In this document: one piece after another, positions 19,809 to 27,107 of the stretch
How the letters are laid out: each line of letters starts with the position of its first letter
Numbering within the stretch: position 1 is the first letter of the stretch
Assembly: GCA_963666365.2 (NCBI GenBank)
Contig: CAXXNF010000002.1
Span: forward strand, 416,001-480,000
DNA: 64,000 nucleotides
Origin: Syntrophales bacterium
GTDB taxonomy: Bacteria; Desulfobacterota; Syntrophia; Syntrophales; UBA2210
Reading direction: 5' to 3'
Notes under the pieces: model-generated
What the model was told of the DNA's origin: nothing
The model's database searches: none
Seen by the model: only the letters and a program-made list of their open reading frames with translations
Translations under genes and position numbers: made by a program

Positions 19809-21419
19809 ATGATATTGACGGAAGCACAAGAGATTATCGACCGAAAAGATGCTGCCTGGATTCTGGAATTTGCCGCCCAAAAGGATGCCCAGATCGAAGC
19901 GCTTACCCAGAAGCTCGAATCCGCCCAGCGCCAGTTGACCACCCTGCAGCATCAGATGGAACAGCTGCTGAAACGGCTCTACGGCCGCAAGTCCGAAAAG
20001 ATCAACCCCGGTCAGCTGATGTTCGACGACATGGTGCTTCAATCATTAGAGCAGAATGCGGCGGTGAAAGCACAGTTCGAAGACGCTTCTGCCACAGAGA
20101 CTGTCAAGAAGCCCCGCAAGGCCTCCCGGCATCACGGCCGGGTTCCCATTCCGGAGCATCTCGAACGGGTGGAGATTCTGCTGGACGTGCCCGAGGATGA
20201 AAAGATCGATGCGGACACGGGCGCACCCCTGAAGGTCATTTCCGTGGAAGTCTCGGAGAAGCTGGAATACCGGCCGGGGAGACTGATCGTCAACGTCTAC
20301 AAGCGGCCCCAGTATGCGCTGCCGGAGGCATCGGAATCTACCGCCGGCGTCATCGCCGCCTCGCTGCCCGATCACCCCATCGCCAAGTGCAAAGCCGACG
20401 TGGGGCTGCTTTCTCATCTGATCGTCAGCAAGTACGCCGATCATCTGCCTCTCTACCGACAGAACAGCATTCTGGAGCGGGAAGGAGTGGACATTCCCCG
20501 GGCCACCCAAACCAGCTGGCTCATGCAGGTCTATGAGAGCATTCGTCCCTTGGAAACAGTGCTTCAAAAGGCCGTCCTTGAGAGGGACGTGCTCTTTACC
20601 GACGATACGCCCGTTCCTCTGCAGGTCAAGGGAAACGGCAAGGTAAAGAAGGCCCGTCTCTGGGTCTATCTGCGGGGCGGTCCGGGACCGCCGCTGACGG
20701 CCTATGACTTCTCCATTGATCGGAGCAAGACGCGCCCACTGGAGTATCTCAATGATTACCAGGGGTACGTCCATGCCGACGCCTACGGCGGCTACGACGA
20801 ACTTTTCAAAAAAGAAGAGATTATCGAAGTGGGTTGCTGGGCCCATACCAGACGGAAGTTCGACGAGGCGGTTTCATCGCGTCCTCAAGAGGCCACGGAC
20901 ATCCTTGCCCGCATCGCCCGGCTCTATCACGAGGTGGAGACCCCCTGTGCCGAGATGACGCCCGAGGAGCGGCGCCGTTTCCGGCAGGCGCATGCAACGC
21001 CGCTGCTTGAGGGAATCTTTGCAAAGATTGAGGAACTGAGGCCCCGGACGACGCCCTCGGAGCCGTTGCGGACGGCCATCAACTACGCCCTGAATCAGCG
21101 GGAGGCGCTCTGCCGCTATCTGAAAGACGGACGGTTAAGACCCGACAACAACCTGGCGGAAAACGCCATTCGGCCCATAGCGGTAGGTCGAAAAAACTGG
21201 CTCTTCGTGGGCAGCGAACGGGGCGGCCGGGCGGCGGCCCTTTATATGGGTCTCGTTCAATCTTGCAAAAACTGCGACGTCAACCCCTGGGAGTACTTTG
21301 ACGACATGCTTCGGCGGATCATGAGCCATCCCGTAAACCGCCTGCGGGAACTGCTTCCCGATCAGTGGAAGCCTGTGCCCAGGGATGAACGGGGCCTGAT
21401 CATCCAGGGAAAACAATAA
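19809..21419 (+). CDS. tnpC: IS66 DDE transposase TnpC
   Basis: KYADHLPLYRQ, CWAHTRRKF and DNNLAENAIRPIAVGRKNWLF motifs. Confidence 0.97.
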   Translation: MILTEAQEIIDRKDAAWILEFAAQKDAQIEALTQKLESAQRQLTTLQHQMEQLLKRLYGRKSEKINPGQLMFDDMVLQSLEQNAAVKAQFEDASATETVKKPRKASRHHGRVPIPEHLERVEILLDVPEDEKIDADTGAPLKVISVEVSEKLEYRPGRLIVNVYKRPQYALPEASESTAGVIAASLPDHPIAKCKADVGLLSHLIVSKYADHLPLYRQNSILEREGVDIPRATQTSWLMQVYESIRPLETVLQKAVLERDVLFTDDTPVPLQVKGNGKVKKARLWVYLRGGPGPPLTAYDFSIDRSKTRPLEYLNDYQGYVHADAYGGYDELFKKEEIIEVGCWAHTRRKFDEAVSSRPQEATDILARIARLYHEVETPCAEMTPEERRRFRQAHATPLLEGIFAKIEELRPRTTPSEPLRTAINYALNQREALCRYLKDGRLRPDNNLAENAIRPIAVGRKNWLFVGSERGGRAAALYMGLVQSCKNCDVNPWEYFDDMLRRIMSHPVNRLRELLPDQWKPVPRDERGLIIQGKQ

Positions 21420-21726
21420 TCAGTGCACCGTATTCCGGCGGTTGAATCCCGTAATCATATTATCAAAGAGCACCGGCTGTACCGGTTTTAGGTACAGCGT
21501 ACTTCATGTAAAATTCTTTTGCTATATGAGTTGGTCGTACGCTTACGCTACAGCAAGTTTTGAATCTTTCCGCTTCGTTCGATTGTCGTTTCTTAGCTCT
21601 TTCCATTGTGATAACAGAAATCCAACTGCCACGCCTGCTAGAGGTGCAAATACCTTGGAATTCACAATGTCCAGTGACCACTGGAGGATGATCTTCAACA
21701 ATTCCATTTTCTCCCGGTCCTTATGT

Positions 21727-21801
21727 CGCTAACGACGCGGTTAAGTGGGCGGCAAAGGAGCGAAGCGGATTTGCTGATCCATCTTCAACCGCTTGTTCGG
21801 A
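21727..21801 (-). other. attC-like recombination site (75 bp)
   Basis: R'' TCCGAAC lies 1 nt after the stop codon; R' GTTAGCG; gcggttaagtgggcggcaaa pairs with tttgctg(a)tcca(t)ctt(c)aaccgc. Confidence 0.9.
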
Positions 21802-21802
21802 A

Positions 21803-22243
21803 TTACTTAGCTTCCATTTCAGCAATTGCCTTCTTGTAAGCTTCCACCATTAATGTTTGAAGATGTGGCATGGCATCTGCCATGTATTGTCCGAATTTGG
21901 TCATGGCTGATTTACCTATGGAGGAACCATAGAAATTAGCCAGCGCATTCAGCTCGGCAGCGGTAAAATGCCTGACCAAAACATCCTTAATTATATCGGT
22001 GAGTTTCTCCAAATCGAGGTGTTTCGTCATCAAGCGTATGAATGGTCTTCGTTGTTCTTCGGGAAGCCGCACAGACATTCTTGTTACCATATCAGTGATC
22101 ATGTCCTTTGGCGGCATTACGGTTAGATAACGGTCGGCCTCCGATAGTCTGTTCTGTAAAGTGTCTTCGATTGCCTTGGTTTGAGCAAAGGCAATAGAGG
22201 ACAGGACTATCACGGCTATAATAGAAAAAACGAGTTTTCTCAT
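21803..22243 (-). CDS. DUF2059-like exported protein (cassette gene)
   Basis: Signal peptide and HFTAAELNALANFYGSSIGK motif. The cassette starts GTTCGGA, the exact complement of its own R''. Confidence 0.85.
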   Translation of the reverse strand: MRKLVFSIIAVIVLSSIAFAQTKAIEDTLQNRLSEADRYLTVMPPKDMITDMVTRMSVRLPEEQRRPFIRLMTKHLDLEKLTDIIKDVLVRHFTAAELNALANFYGSSIGKSAMTKFGQYMADAMPHLQTLMVEAYKKAIAEMEAK

Positions 22244-22261
22244 GACTTCCCTTTCCATTTT

Positions 22262-22321
22262 TCCGAACATTTAAGGTTGTATGCGGAGTTAGCCATAATT
22301 CCGCATACAATCCTGTTGGAC
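22262..22321 (-). other. attC-like hairpin site closing the recombinase-IS91 unit (60 bp)
   Basis: R'' GTCCAAC ... R' GTTCGGA; stem aggttgtatgcggagtta / taattccgcatacaa(t)cct. Confidence 0.7.
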
Positions 22322-22585
22322 TAAGCCGCAACTCGGTGTTTCCCTATGGGGATTCAATAACGCGGCTTCGTCCTATTTTTCCATTAAAATATCGATATGG
22401 TCATTGATTGAATAGCGTTTTTACGAAAAAGCCCGGCAAAAAATGCTCCTTTGTTGCTGTGAGCGCTGTTGATGCTGCCTTCGGTGGCGTGGATGTTGAG
22501 ACATATCTCCGAAAAGGGCGCACAGATCCGACGCAATCTTTTGGTGTTCCGATATTCGACTGCAATCATTGATCAACATCCCTTT

Positions 22586-23770
22586 CTATGGAGGCCACCT
22601 ACCGGTTTGTGACAGAAGAACCTCCTTCCGCACCATGATTCCCTTGCCGCAATGGGGGCATATCCGAAGATCAACGCCGGTCACCCGGAGGAATGTCTCT
22701 TCCCAGGGTTCTTTGGGGGAATCATTTTTCTCTGCCTGTTCCGGTATGCCGAGGAGCTTTTTGCACTGAGCAAGCTTTCTCTTTCGGTTCCGGTTGCTCA
22801 GCAGTCCGTAATAGCGGATCTTCATGAACTGATCGGGGAGAATGTGCAGGAGAAAGCGGCGGATGAACTCGAAGGCGTCGAGGGTCATGAGCTTGGTCTT
22901 GCCTTCCTTTGACGGATCGCGCACTCGGAAGGTAACATCGCGGGGGCCTATCCTAACAATTCTGTCGTTCGAGATGGCCACACGGTGGGTGTAGCGACCG
23001 AGATACTCGATGACATGTTTTGCGCTTCTGAAGGGTTCCTTGCAGTAGACAACCCACTCTTTGCGATAAAGATCGGCAACGAACTGTCGAAAGGTCGCCC
23101 GTTCCTTTAGGGCCTCGATCTTGCCGGGGAATCTCAGATCGGCTGCTTCGTAGGCTTTTTTGAGATAGTGAAGAAACTTACCCCGAAAGAGCCGGGAAAG
23201 AACCTTGACCGGCAGGAAGTAGTCCTCCTTCGCCGGAATCCATCGCTCCCCGTCAAGGGAAAGTCCGCCGCCTGTCACGATGCAGTGAACATGGGGATGA
23301 TCGATCAGGCTCTGCGACCAGGTGTGCAGGATGGCAATGCAGCCGATCTCAGCACCCAGATGACGATGATCGCGGGAAAGATCCATGATGGTCTCGGAGG
23401 CGGCCTTGAAAAGTATGTGGTAGAGGGTCTTCTGGTTCCGCAGGGCCAGCGGTCGAAGTTCCTGGGGAATCGTGAAAACGATATGCACGTAGGAAATGGG
23501 CAGCAAGTCCTTTTTTCTTGCCTCCAGCCACAGCTCTCGCTTCAGTCCCTGGCATTTGGGGCAGTGGCGATTCCGGCAGGAGTTGTAGGAGATCCGAACG
23601 GCACCGCAATGGTCGCATTCATCCACATGTCCGCCAAGCGCGGCGGTCCGGCATAGTTCAATGGCTCGCATCGCCCGGTGGTGTCGTCCGGCCATTCTGC
23701 CGCCATGGATATCTCGATAGGCCTCCCCAAATTCACGGAAGACCTGGGCCACTTCCGTGGTTCCACGCAT
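22586..23770 (-). CDS. IS91-family rolling-circle (HUH/Y2) transposase
   Basis: Zn-binding CRNRHCPKC, HUH motif HPHVHC, YLGRY and EFIRRFLLHILP. Confidence 0.95.
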   Translation of the reverse strand: MRGTTEVAQVFREFGEAYRDIHGGRMAGRHHRAMRAIELCRTAALGGHVDECDHCGAVRISYNSCRNRHCPKCQGLKRELWLEARKKDLLPISYVHIVFTIPQELRPLALRNQKTLYHILFKAASETIMDLSRDHRHLGAEIGCIAILHTWSQSLIDHPHVHCIVTGGGLSLDGERWIPAKEDYFLPVKVLSRLFRGKFLHYLKKAYEAADLRFPGKIEALKERATFRQFVADLYRKEWVVYCKEPFRSAKHVIEYLGRYTHRVAISNDRIVRIGPRDVTFRVRDPSKEGKTKLMTLDAFEFIRRFLLHILPDQFMKIRYYGLLSNRNRKRKLAQCKKLLGIPEQAEKNDSPKEPWEETFLRVTGVDLRICPHCGKGIMVRKEVLLSQTGRWPP

Positions 23771-23784
23771 GAAACGGCGACCCG

Positions 23785-24639
23785 CTAAAGAACGCTGTCC
23801 CGCGAGGCGGCGATCACGTCGAGGGGATTGGCGATCCGTTCAAAGTCCTTTCGAGAGAGGTGGAGGTAAACGGCCGTAGTCTTGGGGCTGGCGTGCCCCA
23901 GAAGCCGCTGTATGTGGTACAGGTCCGCCCCGTTCTCCAAGAGATGGGTGGCAAAGCTGTGGCGCAGGGTATGGACGCTCCCCGCTTTCCTAACGCCCGC
24001 TCTGAGCAGCGCATCTTTAAAGGCTTTCTGGACGCTTGACACTGAAAGAGGCGACCACTTGTCTTTGCCGAAGAAGAGCCAGTTCACGGGATGGCACTGC
24101 GACCAGTAAAACCGCAGTTCTTCCAGGGTCCGTTTGGCCAGCAGGGTGTAGCGGTCTTTGTTTCCCTTCCCCTGGCGTATGCGAATCACCATGCGTTCGC
24201 TGTCGATGTCGGACACTCTCAGATGCACGGCTTCATTGAGCCGCAATCCTCCCGAGTAGATCGTCATGAGAATGGCCCGATGCTTCAGATTGCCGACGAC
24301 CGAAAGAACGGCCCGCACCTCCTCCGGCGAAAAAACCGCAGGTAGGCTCTTTTGTTTCTTCGCACGAGGTATCCGGTAGGAGATCCAGTCGCGCTTCAAT
24401 GTCGTCTCATAGAAAAACTTCAGGGCGCTGTAAGTCTGACTCACCGTTGACTGAGAAGCCTTCTTCTCTTCGATGAGATAGTGAAGATAGGTCTTGATCT
24501 CTTCTTCTCCCAACGTCTCCGGCGACGCCCCAAAGTGACGCACAAATCTGCGCATGTGCTCCAGATAGCATTCCCGCGTCCTCCGGCTGAGGTGGCGCAG
24601 CTCCATATCGCGTTTCATCTGATCGCGCAGTCTTCCCAT
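23785..24639 (-). CDS. Tyrosine recombinase with N-terminal SAM-like domain (IS91-associated; not IntI)
   Basis: GLRLNE, QGKGNKDR, HTLRHSFATHLLE and LGH..PKTTAVY; lacks the IntI-specific insertion before box II; AGGAG RBS. Confidence 0.92.
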   Translation of the reverse strand: MGRLRDQMKRDMELRHLSRRTRECYLEHMRRFVRHFGASPETLGEEEIKTYLHYLIEEKKASQSTVSQTYSALKFFYETTLKRDWISYRIPRAKKQKSLPAVFSPEEVRAVLSVVGNLKHRAILMTIYSGGLRLNEAVHLRVSDIDSERMVIRIRQGKGNKDRYTLLAKRTLEELRFYWSQCHPVNWLFFGKDKWSPLSVSSVQKAFKDALLRAGVRKAGSVHTLRHSFATHLLENGADLYHIQRLLGHASPKTTAVYLHLSRKDFERIANPLDVIAASRDSVL

Positions 24640-24773
24640 ATCTTTTCTCCTTTCTTGCATGAATGATGAATCATCCTTACAAAAAGAAGAACGATCAGGA
24701 CAGCAACAATGTACGCTATTCAATTGTCAAAGAACGACCATTTTTACTTAAAATACCGCCGCGTAGCGGCTTA

Positions 24774-24937
24774 GTTCAACTATTGTTTATACAGTTTCTG
24801 TGTAAATCCTTTACATAGCTGATTCAGCTATGTAATACATATTTTAATTGCGTTAAAAATCTTTATAAGTTGCTGCAATAAATAGGATATTGTGAAATTC
24901 GTCATTTATTTGAGTGTTTTATACAGAAACTGCGTAA
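24774..24937 (-). other. attI-like site heading the cassette array
   Basis: Minus strand ctgtataaacaata-GTTGAAC; 17/20 inverted repeat (24787-24806 / 24918-24937); perfect palindrome with 12-bp arms at 24811-24835. Confidence 0.5.
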
Positions 24938-24991
24938 TACACCTTTCCGGTATGACTATCGCAATATTGATCTGAGCTGACCACCAAAAAC

Positions 24992-25265
24992 AAAAGCCCT
25001 CTCTCATTTTGAGAAACACGGCTTCGATGATCAGACCATAATCCCCCCTTGGGTTATAGCTGTTTCAATTCAAGATCGGCAAGGTATGTTAATCAGTAAC
25101 TCTGTTAATGACGTTTTGTCAAGGGATATTGCCCTTTTAATTCATCCGATACAATCTAACCCACTTCTATCGCGACACAATCCCACAATGTGGGAATTTG
25201 CAATCAGCATGTCAACAGATAGAACCCCTCGAAGCCCAAGATATGAGTCAACCCCTACCTTACCC
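24992..25265 (-). repeat. ~280-bp direct repeat, copy 2
   Basis: Aligns with 12441-12723; minus-strand TTGACA at 25117-25122 faces the array. Confidence 0.9.
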
Positions 25266-25344
25266 CTCAGAGTTTGGTTTCTTTCCTGGCACCCCCCTAA
25301 AACACCCACGCCAGAGCAAAGGAAAGGGTATATGAGATATGGCG

Positions 25345-25551
25345 CTACGGTTTGCGGTAGGGCATGTGAAGATAAAGGGGGCAGTCCGGTATGTCGCAAT
25401 CAACACGCCCGTCGATATAGTAGCCCGAGCACTCGCAGCATTTTGCAAGGATCGCCTGTTTAAAACTGAGTCGCTGTCCCGCGTGATGCTTCAAAAGCTC
25501 GCGTTTTCCCTTAGCTCTGGGCGCTTTTTCAACGTTTTCGATGTGCTTCAT
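25345..25551 (-). CDS. Small Cys-rich (putative Zn-binding) phage-type protein
   Basis: AILAKCCECSG...DCDIPDCPLY; overlaps the stop of the upstream gene. Confidence 0.7.
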   Translation of the reverse strand: MKHIENVEKAPRAKGKRELLKHHAGQRLSFKQAILAKCCECSGYYIDGRVDCDIPDCPLYLHMPYRKP

Positions 25552-25814
25552 TTCGCCCCACCTTCAGCAAGTTTGCGAAGGAGCTCTTTTTGATTTCGAT
25601 AATCGGCCGAGAGAATTTCAAGAGTTATGTCATCGTGCCGCCACTTTCGCCCGTCTTTTCTGGGGAAGCGTTCGTCGAAATCCTCGCACAGGATATCGTA
25701 TAGCTCGGCGTCCGACATCTGTTCCACCGGATTTGCCCCTGGAGGCTTTAGCTTCTCTTCGAGTTTCGCGAGTCTGTTTTTATTGTCTTTCATTCTCCCT
25801 CGCCTCTCTTTCAT
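25548..25814 (-). CDS. Hypothetical protein of the satellite-like element
   Basis: Tightly coupled operon layout; start uncertain. Confidence 0.6.
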   Translation of the reverse strand: MKERRGRMKDNKNRLAKLEEKLKPPGANPVEQMSDAELYDILCEDFDERFPRKDGRKWRHDDITLEILSADYRNQKELLRKLAEGGAK

Positions 25815-26004
25815 TCAGCCGTTTTTCAAGTGTGGTTATTCTGTCCTCTATTTCCGAATCTGCGAGGATTTTATGAAGTATTGACACGAGATAGCCGAGT
25901 TTACCGGCTGTCGCAGCATCCACTTCGCCACTGTCTAGCCGGTTAACCAGCCCCGAAAGATATCGCCGCACATCGTTCAGATTGTTTAATCGCTTCATTG
26001 TCAC
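25780..26004 (-). CDS. Small helical hypothetical protein of the satellite-like element
   Basis: 74 aa ending in a coiled coil (EIEDRITTLEKRL); start uncertain. Confidence 0.7.
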   Translation of the reverse strand: MTMKRLNNLNDVRRYLSGLVNRLDSGEVDAATAGKLGYLVSILHKILADSEIEDRITTLEKRLNEREARENERQ

Positions 26005-26125
26005 CGCCTTTTTACTCTTTTTTGTATGCTAAAGTGACTCTAAGGCCATGTTTTTGTTGTAAAAGGTGAGCTGTACCCCCTCTCTCTTTTACGCGAATGC
26101 TTCCACAACTTCAGGTCAAGCAAGC

Positions 26126-26917
26126 TCATAACACCGCCCGGATGCTCGAATATCGTTTTGGAAATTCAGTAATCGTTTCGCGCTCCGAAAAAACCCACTC
26201 AATTACTTCCGGATCTACCCCTAACGCTGCAACATCCATTGCAAACTTCATGGGGTTCGCGTCATATATCTTGAATAACTTACCCCAACCCAGGCAAAAG
26301 CGATTGAACTCATCAAATTTAGGAAGATCGGCCTTGATTTCGTTTAGCGCCCGCCCAAGATTGCGTTCCGCACGTATCAATTTTATCGCCGCCTCATTTT
26401 GCAGTTCTTTTAGGCGATCAACGATTTGCTTGACAATTCTGATTTGCTCATCTCTGGGAAGGGTATCATCTAGGTCATCTAGCTCTTTCCTCAGCGCCTC
26501 AATCTCTGACCGCACATCATCATAATGCGCCGATTTTTCACCCTCATCGTGGCTAAGTAGCTTATAGGCGCTTGTCAAATCGGAAACTGTTTCCGTTTTC
26601 AGCCTGTCACGCTCTCGATAAAGCCGCATATAACTACGCGCCGTCCGTGGCGTAAAAGGCAAATTGCCTTCAATCCACTTTTCAAATTCTCCGTGCTGAA
26701 GTTCAGACTTTGCAGACAGAAGCAGCTCTCCGATCCTGATTGCATCGGCAAGGGCATTTTTCATATATCCGCCGACTTGTTCATGAAGATGAATAATGGC
26801 GGCAACTCTTTCTTTCTGGCTCAGCTCACTGTCAAGGTTCGCCGCCTGCATAGCTTCTTTCGTGCCGCCTCTGTCATACACTTCCTGAATCTTGTTTGCT
26901 CTGCTCTGCTCATCCAT
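26126..26917 (-). CDS. DUF3102-like HTH protein carrying an internal DNA palindrome
   Basis: AIRIGELLLSAKSELQHGEFEKWIEGNLPFTPRTARSYMRLY. KTETVSDL is encoded across the palindrome cggaaac-a-gtttccg (26581-26595). Confidence 0.8.
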   Translation of the reverse strand: MDEQSRANKIQEVYDRGGTKEAMQAANLDSELSQKERVAAIIHLHEQVGGYMKNALADAIRIGELLLSAKSELQHGEFEKWIEGNLPFTPRTARSYMRLYRERDRLKTETVSDLTSAYKLLSHDEGEKSAHYDDVRSEIEALRKELDDLDDTLPRDEQIRIVKQIVDRLKELQNEAAIKLIRAERNLGRALNEIKADLPKFDEFNRFCLGWGKLFKIYDANPMKFAMDVAALGVDPEVIEWVFSERETITEFPKRYSSIRAVL

Positions 26918-27107
26918 TGTTCTGCTCTCCTTTGGGTCTGCTCTGGTGTCCTAGCTTTAGGGTTTTGGATAGGAAAGAAAGTCTATAATGAGACTTTCTT
27001 CCTATTCCCCAAAAACCCCCTATGCGGTTTAGGACATAGGCCGAATAGGACAGAAATTTCCGTCTATGGGAACCAGTCCCCGATCGGCCGCATTTCGGCG
27101 CCTCCAA
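26910..27107 (-). CDS. Possible small hypothetical protein
   Basis: Fills the gap between the primase and the DUF3102-like gene; weak evidence. Confidence 0.25.
   Translation of the reverse strand: MEAPKCGRSGTGSHRRKFLSYSAYVLNRIGGFWGIGRKSHYRLSFLSKTLKLGHQSRPKGEQNNG

Larger units (their letters stand above)
19026..21546 (+). mobile_element. IS66-family insertion sequence
   Basis: IRs GTAA(C/G)CGTACGACCAACTCAT; 8-bp target duplication GCTACAGC at 19018-19025 and 21547-21554; three-gene layout. Confidence 0.97.
18627..21707 (-). pseudogene. Cassette gene (183 aa when restored) split by IS66
   Basis: Joining 21707-21547 (161 nt) to 19017-18627 (391 nt) gives an open 552-nt frame, MELLKIILQW...KLAVAVVEALIEEVSNG. 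Confidence 0.85.
22315..24780 (-). mobile_element. Tyrosine recombinase plus IS91-family transposase unit
   Basis: 15-bp inverted ends GTTG(G/A)ACTAAGCCGC at 22315-22329 and 24766-24780; two genes; oriIS-like ATTGAATCCCCATAG at 22344-22358. Confidence 0.85.

Noticed and set aside
23785..24723. Integron integrase IntI
   Set aside because: It lacks the IntI-specific insertion, is co-oriented with the cassettes and is coupled to an IS91 transposase. The upstream ATG at 24723 is also less likely than the RBS-supported start at 24639.
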